35,554 nucleotides of DNA from an uncultured Oligoflexus sp. (GTDB lineage: Bacteria > Bdellovibrionota_B > Oligoflexia > Oligoflexales > Oligoflexaceae). Below, one piece after another: positions 26,642 through 35,554 of this stretch (its first letter is position 1; each line of letters begins with the position of its first letter). The notes under the pieces were generated by a model. It did not search any database and was not told where the DNA came from. It saw only the letters and a program-made list of their open reading frames with translations. A program made the translations under genes and the position numbers. The stretch covers positions 1-35,554 of the forward strand of contig CAXSGP010000047.1 of NCBI GenBank assembly GCA_964236955.1. Direction: 5' to 3'.

Positions 26642-27721
26642 ATGTTTGGTAAGAAATCAACGGAATCAGAAGGCTTGAAGTCATTGATAACGCTGACCGA
26701 AGGCGCCGGTCTTTGGCATTCGTTCAATCGCCGGGCCACTGAGTTTCTTCACTCGAATAAGGTCGATCTGAGAACCCTACCCGCATTCAATGTCAAATCT
26801 CTGGTCGAGTTGGCGATTGCGGCCAAAAATTCCCTGGAAATTCAGACGGCTCTCGAAAGACTGCAAACCGCCTTCGAAAGCGCCCGGAGTCAGGAAACCC
26901 AGCACCTCTCCCAATATATTAACGGCCTCCGGACTATGCTCTGGTCCAGCTTAAGTCAGATCATGGAACAGTTTAACGTGATGAACAAGGAAGCGGGCCA
27001 GCTTGAATCGATGCGAGTGAAGATGATACTTGCTCTCGACAGCGATGACCTCATGCAACTCAAGCTCGCGGTGAAGGATTGGGTGGTGCTTCAAAATCAA
27101 ATGACCCAGGAACGTAAAAAGCTCAACGCAGAGAGTCAGGTTAATTTTCAAAGGCAGCTCTCGCGCCTCCAAAATGAACTCTATATCACGCAGACCGAAC
27201 TCAAGCTCGATGGACTAACCCAGGTCTACAACCGCAAGGCCTTCGATCAGGAAATAGTCAAGACCTTGCAGATAGCCCAATTAAGTGGCCGAACCTCAAC
27301 CCTCCTCCTCTTCGATATCGACCATTTTAAGCACGTGAATGACACCTACGGCCACCCTATCGGCGACAAAGTACTGCAGCACTTCGCCAAACTCATCGTT
27401 CAGAATTTTCCGAGTCGCACCGATTTCGTGGCTCGCTACGGGGGCGAGGAATTTACCGTCCTGATGAATGACTGTGATCTCAAAGAGGCTAGCGAAAAAA
27501 CAGCCCGTTTCGTGGCCCTTCTACGCAAGACGTCGATGATTTTTGGGTCTGTGTCCCTGCGCATTACCGTCTCGATCGGAGTGGCTGCGTCACGTCAGTT
27601 TGAAAGGACTGATGATTGGATCAAACGCGCTGATATACTTCTCTATCAGGCTAAGGAAGAAGGCCGCGACTGTTTTGTCGTCGATCATGTTCTATTCGAA
27701 GGTACACCGAAGGCTTCCTGA
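26642..27721 (+). CDS. cytoplasmic diguanylate cyclase (helical N-terminus plus GGEEF domain)
   Basis: AGGAG SD. DGLTQVYNR, DIDHFKHVNDTYGHPIGD, RYGGEEF, SIGVA, AD..LY.AK..GR. Confidence 0.95.
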   Translation: MFGKKSTESEGLKSLITLTEGAGLWHSFNRRATEFLHSNKVDLRTLPAFNVKSLVELAIAAKNSLEIQTALERLQTAFESARSQETQHLSQYINGLRTMLWSSLSQIMEQFNVMNKEAGQLESMRVKMILALDSDDLMQLKLAVKDWVVLQNQMTQERKKLNAESQVNFQRQLSRLQNELYITQTELKLDGLTQVYNRKAFDQEIVKTLQIAQLSGRTSTLLLFDIDHFKHVNDTYGHPIGDKVLQHFAKLIVQNFPSRTDFVARYGGEEFTVLMNDCDLKEASEKTARFVALLRKTSMIFGSVSLRITVSIGVAASRQFERTDDWIKRADILLYQAKEEGRDCFVVDHVLFEGTPKAS

Positions 27722-28020
27722 TTGCCTGCAGAACTTGCGACAGTCCCAATCCAAGGAGGCTTTTGCCCCTTGCCAATCCATCCTGTCGTTTTCAAGATGA
27801 CACGTCCCCCAAAATTATTCCTGATGGCATCATACGGTCATAAGCGGCTTCGTTCTTTTTGCTATTTCATCTTAAGTATAGGATTATAAATAGTTTTTTG
27901 GAGTCTGAAACCAAGGGGGCCTTTTGTTATGAACTCCTCTCATGTCAGATTCGTAAGTGTCCCAGGATCAAGTCAGAATCCTCGGGTGCAGCTAAATTTG
28001 ACCAAGCGGAGTGGAACATC

Positions 28021-28605
28021 ATGGCTATTATTGGGTCTGAGCAAGAACAAAACGATGTCAGTGCAAAGTCTTTTAAAGAAATTGCCGCGGATGACGAGCC
28101 TTCCCGGAGCGGGACTCGGGATGCCGATCAAACCGCGAACGCCAAAGAAGATGGAGATGGAAGCGCTGTCAATCCCGAATTGATGGAATTCACCGCTGTG
28201 GCCAAAGCCGTGGATGATGGTGTCATTGAAGTGGCAGTCACAGACTGGAAGGATTCGGTCCGTGAGTCCTCGAATGTCCACAGGATCGGCGATGCCATTC
28301 GTCGCAGTGGGACGAGCGTTTCGAAACAGCTCTATACGCTTGGAGAGAGCGTGAAATCCAGTGCCAGCCATGTCAGTCAGGATATTAAAACCAAAGCTGC
28401 TAAGGTCGGGGGAGACATTAAAACAGGCGTTGAGACTTTGCATGGCAAGGTAAAGGCCAATCCCTATCCCTATGCTTTGGGTGCGATCGGATTGGGCTTT
28501 ATATTGGGTCGCCTAGTGCTTGGGAAAAAGACCGCAAAGGCTTATTATCCTGCCGGTCGAGATTATCAATCCGACCCTACGGTCCATACCGGTGTTCATG
28601 TCTAA
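28021..28605 (+). CDS. ElaB/YqjD (DUF883)-like tail-anchored membrane protein with LEA-like repeats
   Basis: ATG 28021 with GGAG SD. Acidic N-terminus, 11-aa amphipathic repeats and C-terminal VKANPYPYALGAIGLGFILGRLV. Confidence 0.65.
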   Translation: MAIIGSEQEQNDVSAKSFKEIAADDEPSRSGTRDADQTANAKEDGDGSAVNPELMEFTAVAKAVDDGVIEVAVTDWKDSVRESSNVHRIGDAIRRSGTSVSKQLYTLGESVKSSASHVSQDIKTKAAKVGGDIKTGVETLHGKVKANPYPYALGAIGLGFILGRLVLGKKTAKAYYPAGRDYQSDPTVHTGVHV

Positions 28606-28814
28606 ACCCAAGTTCAGCACCAGTCGAAACTTTAAGGGGTAACTTTGGCTTGCCTCTTATTTCCCTCCTGCCTCCACGCCGGCCATACTCCTGCCGCTGA
28701 TCTTTGGACAAAATAAGAAATTAAGATTTTGTCGCCTTATTTTGAGAAGAAGCACTACACCAAAACCAAAGAGCCTGCTACTTTACCGGCGAGTATCCAT
28801 GGAGGTTTCAAAGT

Positions 28815-30992
28815 ATGCGTCGAAGTATCTTCAATGCCCTACTGCTATCAATAGGTCTGTCAAACGGAACTGGATTTGCCGTGGAAGGCATGTGGCAGCC
28901 AGAACAGTTAGCGCTTATCGAAAAAGATCTCAAAATCAAGGGCCTTGCTATCAAGCCCGAGGCGATGAGTGACCTAACAGCCTTTCCCATGAATGCGATC
29001 GTCAGCCTTGGCGGCTGCAGCGCCTCCTTCGTATCGGACATCGGTCTGGTGGTTACCAACCATCACTGTGCCTATGGGTCGATTCAATTCAATTCGTCGA
29101 AGGAGAAAAACTACCTCGACAATGGCTTTCTCGCCAAAACCCTGGCCGACGAGTTGCCCGCAGCACCCGGTACGCGGATTTTCGTAACGGAAAGCATCAA
29201 GGAAGTCACGAAGGATATCCTGAAGGACCTGGAAAAAGTCGATGGACTGGCTCGTTTTGAAGCGATCGAAAAACATCGCAAAGAACTGATCGCGGCCTGC
29301 GAAGCGACGCCTGGCTATCGTTGCCGTATCGATTCTTTTCTCGGTGAGAGTTCCTATCGCCTGACCAAACAGCTTGAAATAAAGGATGTGCGCCTGGTAC
29401 AGGCCCCCCCTTCAGCTATTGGCAAATTTGGTGGTGACGTCGACAATTGGATGTGGCCCCGTCATACGGGAGATTTCTCCTTCTATCGCGCTTATGTTGA
29501 CAAGAAGGGATATCCCGCAGAATTCAGCAGGGATAACTTGCCTTTCAAGCCTAAGGGTTTTTTGAGGGTTGCCACTAAAGGCGTCGAGGATGGCTCGTTT
29601 GTAATGGTCGCCGGTTATCCCGCCCGCACCAACCGTCATCGACTCGCCGGTGAAGTCGCCTTTACCTTTGAGATATCCAATCCTCTGAACAAGGACTATC
29701 TAGATCGCCGTATCGCGCTGATCGAAAGTTTTAAGACCAAAGACGCGGAACTCGGCATTAAGTATGCAAGTCAGTTGGCTGGCATGAACAATGCTTCAAA
29801 AAACATCGAAGGCCAGCAAGAAGGTTACAAGGCCATCAGGCTCCTCGACCAAAAGAAGGCATCAGAAGCGGAGCTTATTGCTTCTTTCAAGGCCAGTAAA
29901 AACACCAGGGCGCTGGCCGACTATGAAGCGTTAAACACATTAATTGCCGAAAGTCAAAGCGCCGATAGTTTCAACCTGCTGCTTCGTAAATCCTCGGAAT
30001 CCGATCTTTTGCGTGCTGCGCAAAAACTCTATCGCCTTGCCCGTGAAAGGGAAAAGCCCGATGCGGAACGGGAAAGCGGGTATCAGGATCGCGATCTGAC
30101 CTTTCTTCGCCAGGGTCTTGAGGCTTTAAGTCGCCGTTTTGATCCTAAGGTCGATCAGGCTCTTTGGGAACTCGGTCTTGCGGATGTAAGAAAAGCTGAT
30201 AAGACCAGGACCGCCCGTCTGCCAAAAGCTCTGCAATCTATAGTCAATACAGAAAGCAAGCAGCTGAGCCAGACCTTGTCCGCTTATTATCAAAGCTCCA
30301 TCCTTGGCAATGAAGCCAAGCGACTGGAATTGATGAATGCCGACCGAAAAAAGCTTGAAGGCCTTAATGATCCTTTCCTTCAGCTGGCCGTAAAGCTTTA
30401 TGATGAAGGTATCAAAATAGAAAATAATGAAAAAGATCGTGGTGGACGCTTTCAGAAGATTCGGTCGGAATATATGCAGAACCTAGTTGCGCAACGCAGC
30501 AAAGAAGGCAAAGTAGTCTATCCCGACGCTAACTCCACGCTACGGATAAGCTATGGTACCGTCCAGGGCTACAAGAACCGTCTTGGAACCACCTATGGTC
30601 CGTTTACCAAACTTGAGGAAATCGCGGCTAAGAATACTGGCAAGGAGCCCTTTGACGTCCCTTCCAGGGAAATGGACCTTATCAAAAACAAAGATTATGG
30701 TCCTTACAAACTGGCAAGCCTCGGCACTGTACCTGTGAACTTCCTGGCCGATTTAGACATTACCGGTGGCAATTCGGGTTCGGCTACCTTGAACAGCAAG
30801 GGTGAACTTACCGGCCTCGTCTTTGATGGCACCATCGATGGCGTCATCTCCGATTGGGCTTTTGATCCTGCCTTTACCCGTTCGATTCATCTCGATGCCC
30901 GCTATATGCTCTGGGTTCTCGATAAGTATGATCACGCAACCCGCCTGCTCGACGAAATGGGTGTGAAGCCTCTTAGTCCCTCACATCACTAG
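28815..30992 (+). CDS. S46 family dipeptidyl peptidase (DPP7/DAP BII-like)
   Basis: GGAGG SD and signal peptide. EGMW, GGCSASFVS, TNHHC, DNWMWPRHTGDF, DITGGNSGS, FDG. Confidence 0.96.
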   Translation: MRRSIFNALLLSIGLSNGTGFAVEGMWQPEQLALIEKDLKIKGLAIKPEAMSDLTAFPMNAIVSLGGCSASFVSDIGLVVTNHHCAYGSIQFNSSKEKNYLDNGFLAKTLADELPAAPGTRIFVTESIKEVTKDILKDLEKVDGLARFEAIEKHRKELIAACEATPGYRCRIDSFLGESSYRLTKQLEIKDVRLVQAPPSAIGKFGGDVDNWMWPRHTGDFSFYRAYVDKKGYPAEFSRDNLPFKPKGFLRVATKGVEDGSFVMVAGYPARTNRHRLAGEVAFTFEISNPLNKDYLDRRIALIESFKTKDAELGIKYASQLAGMNNASKNIEGQQEGYKAIRLLDQKKASEAELIASFKASKNTRALADYEALNTLIAESQSADSFNLLLRKSSESDLLRAAQKLYRLAREREKPDAERESGYQDRDLTFLRQGLEALSRRFDPKVDQALWELGLADVRKADKTRTARLPKALQSIVNTESKQLSQTLSAYYQSSILGNEAKRLELMNADRKKLEGLNDPFLQLAVKLYDEGIKIENNEKDRGGRFQKIRSEYMQNLVAQRSKEGKVVYPDANSTLRISYGTVQGYKNRLGTTYGPFTKLEEIAAKNTGKEPFDVPSREMDLIKNKDYGPYKLASLGTVPVNFLADLDITGGNSGSATLNSKGELTGLVFDGTIDGVISDWAFDPAFTRSIHLDARYMLWVLDKYDHATRLLDEMGVKPLSPSHH

Positions 30993-30997
30993 CTCCC

Positions 30998-31026
30998 AAA
31001 ACTCCGGCCCGGGCGGGGTTTTCTTT
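30998..31026 (+). terminator. intrinsic terminator
   Basis: Stem AAAACTCCG/CGGGGTTTT followed by CTTT. Confidence 0.65.
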
Positions 31027-31316
31027 GTGCGGTGTTTTCGCGGTGTATATCTGTTCTCTGAAGTTCCCAGCATCGGCTTTCAAGAAAGTGGTCAGATTGG
31101 GCAGTTTGCAGGCGAGACAGTGCTTTCCTCCCCCGGTCGGGCCGTGGGTAAAAAAAATTGTTTCCGCAGCTGTAAATTTACAGTTCTTTTCCTAAAGTTT
31201 TTCTATAAAAAGAATTTGTTCCCCCAAAGCTTGGAATCGGACCTGAGGCAAGGCCTGTTTAAAGTTAAGCCTCAAGTACCAATAGCTTCACCATCACCAT
31301 CGGTTGAGAGGTTTAT

Positions 31317-32759
31317 ATGGGCGAGATTAAGATCAAGAATTTTTCCGAGATCCCTTACGAACAATTGGAAGAGCTTAATCTCCAGGCCAAGCAAAAAATG
31401 GCTGAAGGGAACAGCGATGCAAGCCTGCAGGAGCACTACCTCCGCTATTTGACAGATGAGAAGCGTTTGAAAGCCGTCACTGTGTGTTTTTCCGATCTTG
31501 AAGGTCGTTTTCACATGCTTGACTATGACAAAAAATTCTTGATCCATTCCTACGACAATCTTACCTTTGATGGTTCGTCGATCCGGGGTTTTTCGGTTCA
31601 GAGTGAGTCCGATCTTCGTCTGGCTGTCGACTGGGGCACCTTCCGTTGGTTGCCGAGTGATGTGTTCGGCCCAGGCAAAGTTATGGTCTTTGCCCTTATT
31701 CAAGACCGTGACAGAAAATACTATGACGCGGACATGCGCGGTCAACTCAAGCTCTTCAACGAAAAAATTCGTGCCGAGCAGGGACTCACCACGAACTTTG
31801 CGGTTGAAGTCGAAGGCTTCCTTTTCAAAGGCCTGAACGCAGAGCAGACCTATCAAGATGACTCGAGCTTTCAATTCGTATCGGAAGGCGGTTATTTCAA
31901 TACCCTGCCCACAGCTCCGCTTCGTCAGTTTATCGATCGTTTTGCGGAAGCTCAAAGAGCCTTGGGATTTGAAAATGAAAAGGATCACCCTGAGGTGGCT
32001 CCCTCTCAGTTTGAACTCAACTATAAATACACTGATGCGTTGATCGCAGCTGACCAGGTTCAAACTTATAAGCTCCTAGCTCGTCTTATCGCTTCAAATA
32101 TGGGTTATACCGCGAGCTTTCTGCCGAAGCCAAAAGTTGGTATCAACGGCAGCGGCATGCATACCAATATCTCCTTCTCAAAAAATGGTAAAAATATTTT
32201 TTATGATCCGAAAGGCCCTGACCTTATTTCTGCAGCAGGTTGGAATGCCATCGACCGCATCCTCGCCAATGCCGATGGCCTTTGTCTCATTCTGAATCCA
32301 TCGGTGAACTCCTATCGCCGTCTCGATCCCCACTATGAAGCTCCCAATCAAATCCGGACCTCGGCTGTCGATCGTTCCGCAATGATTCGGATTCCAATCG
32401 GCAACGAAAAATCTGCTCGTATCGAAGTTCGTTCCGTCGCGCCCGATGCCAATCCCTATTTGACATTCTACTCAATCCTCTCAACAGCGATTAATGGTCC
32501 CTTCGATCCCAAAGCTGTCGAACACAATCGAACGCGTCAGGACCGAGTGCTTCCCGATAACCTGCTCGATGCTATTAAAAACTTTGAGAACTGCCAATGG
32601 TTGTCTCAAGTTATGGGTGAGCGTATCCACCACAAATATGCCGAAATTAAACACGTGATTGCCGACCGTTCCCCTAAAGCTCTCGGTTCACGCATTAAGA
32701 CGGGCGAAGTTCTTTTCCACCACGAAGTCACGAACCAGCAGCTTTGGTCGCATTTCTAA
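31317..32759 (+). CDS. glnA: glutamine synthetase type I
   Basis: GAGG SD. FDGSSI, EVE, GGYF, HPEVAPSQFE, PKP..GINGSGMH, NSYRRL, YEAP, RSAMIRIP, RIEVR, PDANPYL. Confidence 0.92.
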   Translation: MGEIKIKNFSEIPYEQLEELNLQAKQKMAEGNSDASLQEHYLRYLTDEKRLKAVTVCFSDLEGRFHMLDYDKKFLIHSYDNLTFDGSSIRGFSVQSESDLRLAVDWGTFRWLPSDVFGPGKVMVFALIQDRDRKYYDADMRGQLKLFNEKIRAEQGLTTNFAVEVEGFLFKGLNAEQTYQDDSSFQFVSEGGYFNTLPTAPLRQFIDRFAEAQRALGFENEKDHPEVAPSQFELNYKYTDALIAADQVQTYKLLARLIASNMGYTASFLPKPKVGINGSGMHTNISFSKNGKNIFYDPKGPDLISAAGWNAIDRILANADGLCLILNPSVNSYRRLDPHYEAPNQIRTSAVDRSAMIRIPIGNEKSARIEVRSVAPDANPYLTFYSILSTAINGPFDPKAVEHNRTRQDRVLPDNLLDAIKNFENCQWLSQVMGERIHHKYAEIKHVIADRSPKALGSRIKTGEVLFHHEVTNQQLWSHF

Positions 32760-32798
32760 TTTTAAGATATTTTGAATTTTTCTTTGCTGATAGGGGAG

Positions 32799-32825
32799 AG
32801 GCGACCGTTCTGCGGTCGCCTTTTT
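32799..32825 (+). terminator. intrinsic terminator
   Basis: Perfect 9-bp stem AGGCGACCG/CGGTCGCCT followed by TTTT. Confidence 0.85.
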
Positions 32826-32855
32826 CGTGGCTTCGGGGCCATCCAAGCCATACAT

Positions 32856-33029
32856 TTAATCGTCGTCAATTACGCTTTCTTCTTCTTCTTCTTGTCGCCG
32901 TGAAGCAGCGGATATCTTGAGTTGCTTGATGCAATAGATGAGTGCGCTTCTCGCTTCATCGGTATTGGCTCTATCGGCAAGGTCTCTTATCTCTTCCACC
33001 AGTTCGAAAATATGCTTGGGAAAAATCAT
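32856..33029 (-). CDS. small helical hypothetical protein with acidic tail
   Basis: GAGG SD 6 nt before ATG 33029 (GTG 33044 is an alternative). Two amphipathic helices and an EEEEESVIDDD tail. Converges on the glnA terminator. Confidence 0.5.
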   Translation of the reverse strand: MIFPKHIFELVEEIRDLADRANTDEARSALIYCIKQLKISAASRRQEEEEESVIDDD

Positions 33030-33400
33030 CCGTTGCCTCGACACTCATGGGCCCCTTGCTTTGCTCCCTATGAACAAAGCGTCCTTCATCAATTATTGCA
33101 TGGGGACGCGGGCGATTTGAATCACTATTGAGAAGTGTGAAGGGGATGAGAGCAAGCGCGCCCTGCGGTTTTGGGTACTTATCCTGAACCGCAAAAGTCA
33201 GGCTCCCGACTTCGTTCATCAGCGTCATTATGATAGGGATAAGCTTCAATATGGGGCTGAAAAGACGACGAATTCGACTTAAGTCCACCTATTTGACTGG
33301 TATACCGCTGAAAATCACATTAAGGTGCATCTTCGCTTAAAGACCTCAGGCGGGGCTTTTAGATGAGCGCATGATTTGACTATGTTGAGGAGAATATCTG

Positions 33401-34192
33401 ATGAAAGCCGGCCGAAATGATACCTGCCCCTGCGGGAGCGGATTAAAATATAAAAAATGTTGTGAATTGAAAGAAACTGATAAACGTACTGGCAATCGTC
33501 TTAACCGTGAAATGGAAGCGGCCTTAATGGAACGCATGCTGCCCTTTGCTGACGAGGTTTACGGCGACGATGCTATTGATCAGGCCCTGCTCTTATTTCT
33601 TGATGACGAAGGACTGATTGAATTTGACGCTGCGGATCCCATGAATCCCTTCTTTCTGCCTTGGTTTCTCTTTAACTGGACTCTAGAAGCAACGGATATC
33701 CGGCCGATACCCGACGCTCCGATCGAGACAACGATTGCGGAATCCTTCCTTAAAAGGCACGGTCCAAGTCTTTCGCCTGAGACAATTGAGCTCATCAACG
33801 CCTCGAATCGTCGGCCCCTTAGCTTTTTCGAAGTGCTGGAAAGTATTCCGGGCAGGGGTATGAAGCTTCTCGATTTGCTTCAGGAGAAAGCTCTTGAAGT
33901 CGATGAAGATGCCGCTTCGACCAGTTTGCGTAAGGGCGATATCATTATCGGCTCGATGATGCAGCCCTTATCGGGCAAGGCGCGGCCCTTAGCCCTTGGG
34001 CCATTCGCCCTGGAAGCCAGTGACAAGAGGCAGGTGCTTGAGCTGCGTATGGAAATTTTAGAGAATGCTGGGGTGACGGTGATCACCGAAGCCGTTTTGC
34101 ATAACCAGGAAGCCTTTGTAATTGGCCTATACCTGGATATCGTCGATGCAATGCTTGACGAAAATGAAGAAGAACCGGAAACTCGACACTAA
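33401..34192 (+). CDS. SEC-C motif (Zn-binding) protein
   Basis: GAGGAG SD, N-terminal GRNDTCPCGSGLKYKKCC. Confidence 0.9.
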   Translation: MKAGRNDTCPCGSGLKYKKCCELKETDKRTGNRLNREMEAALMERMLPFADEVYGDDAIDQALLLFLDDEGLIEFDAADPMNPFFLPWFLFNWTLEATDIRPIPDAPIETTIAESFLKRHGPSLSPETIELINASNRRPLSFFEVLESIPGRGMKLLDLLQEKALEVDEDAASTSLRKGDIIIGSMMQPLSGKARPLALGPFALEASDKRQVLELRMEILENAGVTVITEAVLHNQEAFVIGLYLDIVDAMLDENEEEPETRH

Positions 34193-34199
34193 ACGAAAC

Positions 34200-34243
34200 C
34201 CGCAGGGCTTGGGCGGGCGGGTTGAGAAAGCCCTTGCGGCTTT
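34200..34243 (+). terminator. hairpin downstream of the SEC-C gene
   Basis: Inverted repeat CCGCAGGGCTT...AAGCCCTTGCGG (one bulge), then CTTT. Confidence 0.4.
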
Positions 34244-34294
34244 AGTTCGCGCCGAGTGGCTTCACCAGCCGCTCTTTCATCCAGAGGTTTGGTC

Positions 34295-35497
34295 ATGAAT
34301 CAAGATATTACTGTTCCTTCCCCTCCAGATCCGAAGGTCAAGGGACCTTCAGACCAAACTTTACCTGCCCTTCCTTATCTCAGACTTGGCAAACCCTCTG
34401 GTTTTCTCAAATATCCCGCCCGAGGGTTGCCGCCGGCATTTGTCATCCGTTTAGGCCTTTTCCTAAGGCATGTGCTTTTACGTCTTGCCGATGCGTTAGT
34501 TCCTGCGAGTCTCCCAATCTTCGAACAATCCACTGGCGTTATGCAAACGATGGCTTTGTCAATCGTTGCCCGGCATGGAATCGCCGATAAGCTGGGGAAT
34601 ACGGCGATGACGGCGCTCGCTCTTGCGGGCCAAACGGGGACTGACGCGGACGTCATGCATAGAATACTGCGCACTCTGGCGAGCCGCGGCGTCTTTCGAC
34701 TCGATCAAGATGGGGCATTTCATAACAATCGTTTATCTCGCGCTTTACTGAGCGGCGCGCCTTCTGCGAATCGGGAATGGGTTCAGTATTTTGGATCGCA
34801 GACGAATCTGCTGGCTTGGATAGATCTGGAGCGTTCGGCTTTGGATGGTAAATCGTGTTTTGATCGGGTGTTTGGCGAGACCATATGGGATTGGTTTGAA
34901 AAACATGGGGAAGAGCAGGAGATATTCGCCCATAGCATGATGGGCATAAGTTCCACGCAGGCGCCCATTATTGCCAAGCTTTATCCTTTCCAGGAAGTGA
35001 AATCAGTTTGTGACATTGGGGGCGGTAGGGGAACTCTACTCTCTGAGATTCTGCTCAGGCATACTCATCTTGAAGGCATGCTTTATGATGCCGAAGGGGT
35101 TCTTGCTTCCGCGGATACTTATCTCAAACAAAGGGGGTTACGCGAGCGGGTCAGGGGAGTGGTCGGCAATTTTTTTACTTCCAGCCCTGCACCCGCTGAT
35201 GTTTACCTTTTGAAAAACATCTTTCATGACTGGGATGATGAAGCTTGTTCCCTCATTTTGCGGAATATTAGGAAGTCTATGAGCGCAGGGCAGCGGGTGC
35301 TCATCATCGAGCAGATCCTTGAGGTGAATAGTACGGATAGACTTGCGGCTGCTTCGGATCTGCAGATGCTGGTGGTTTGTTCTAGGGGGAGGGAGCGCTC
35401 ACGGGGTGAGCTTGGGGCTTTGCTCAGTCGGAATGGTTTTAACGTAGGGCGGAATTATTTTCATCCTTTGATAGGGATTATTGAGGGGGTGGTTTAG
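34295..35497 (+). CDS. SAM-dependent O-methyltransferase (Methyltransf_2 with dimerization domain)
   Basis: ATG 34295 with GAGG SD. DIGGGRG, GNFF, LKNIFHDWDD and GRERS motifs. Confidence 0.93.
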   Translation: MNQDITVPSPPDPKVKGPSDQTLPALPYLRLGKPSGFLKYPARGLPPAFVIRLGLFLRHVLLRLADALVPASLPIFEQSTGVMQTMALSIVARHGIADKLGNTAMTALALAGQTGTDADVMHRILRTLASRGVFRLDQDGAFHNNRLSRALLSGAPSANREWVQYFGSQTNLLAWIDLERSALDGKSCFDRVFGETIWDWFEKHGEEQEIFAHSMMGISSTQAPIIAKLYPFQEVKSVCDIGGGRGTLLSEILLRHTHLEGMLYDAEGVLASADTYLKQRGLRERVRGVVGNFFTSSPAPADVYLLKNIFHDWDDEACSLILRNIRKSMSAGQRVLIIEQILEVNSTDRLAAASDLQMLVVCSRGRERSRGELGALLSRNGFNVGRNYFHPLIGIIEGVV

Positions 35498-35554
35498 GTT
35501 TTTTTGCTGGGTTTGATCGGGGATTGCCGCTTTCCTTGGGGGGAGGTGTGGGTC

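Noticed and set aside
27859..28020. 54-codon upstream extension of the ElaB-like ORF
   Set aside because: TTG start in AT-rich promoter-like DNA. ATG 28021 has the SD.
31088..31285. sigma54 or sigma28 promoter upstream of glnA
   Set aside because: The candidate GG...GC spacings near TTTGCA are not the required 10 nt. The ACCAATAG candidate lacks CCGA and a correctly spaced -35.
31272..32063. 263-aa antisense ORF
   Set aside because: Shadow of glnA on the opposite strand, with no motifs.
35000..35554. G/T-rich skew at the window end (21 G vs 5 C in 35461-35520)
   Set aside because: Lies mostly within an intact methyltransferase ORF, and there is not enough flanking context to interpret it.
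1..35554. CRISPR arrays, tRNA/rRNA/tmRNA/RNase P genes, IS elements, prophage genes
   Set aside because: No regularly spaced repeats, hallmark RNA motifs, transposase or integrase ORFs were seen by eye.

Overview
Gene-dense bacterial DNA of roughly 50% GC with about 28 plausible CDSs. I found no rRNA, tRNA, CRISPR array or transposase. The gene content (membrane-anchored CheA-like kinases lacking CheW, REC-PilZ, many secreted hydrolases and lipoproteins) suggests Bdellovibrionota/Oligoflexia; this is an inference. The main result is a bufferin-like RiPP operon at 10799-15402. It has an atypical 5-Cys DUF2282-like precursor, a DUF692 MNIO enzyme and a DUF2063 partner with a CxxCxCH tail. These are coupled by an ATGA overlap to a CHASE-Hpt-HATPase kinase, in place of the usual ECF sigma/anti-sigma and DoxX genes. 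A same-strand ABC-2 exporter, a secreted trypsin-like protease and a hairpin-rich spacer lie upstream. A second signal is a recurring sigma28/FliA-like promoter (T[C/T/A]A[A/G]-N16-[G/A]CCGA[T/A]) upstream of six transcription units: lipase, small basic secreted protein, ricin-lectin lipoprotein, hydrolase/deacetylase operon, cytochrome c lipoprotein and diguanylate cyclase. Other genes encode a VWA protein, SET-domain protein, second class III-like kinase, convergent two-component pair, S46 peptidase, glutamine synthetase, SEC-C protein and O-methyltransferase. All family calls come from motif recognition by eye, not database searches.
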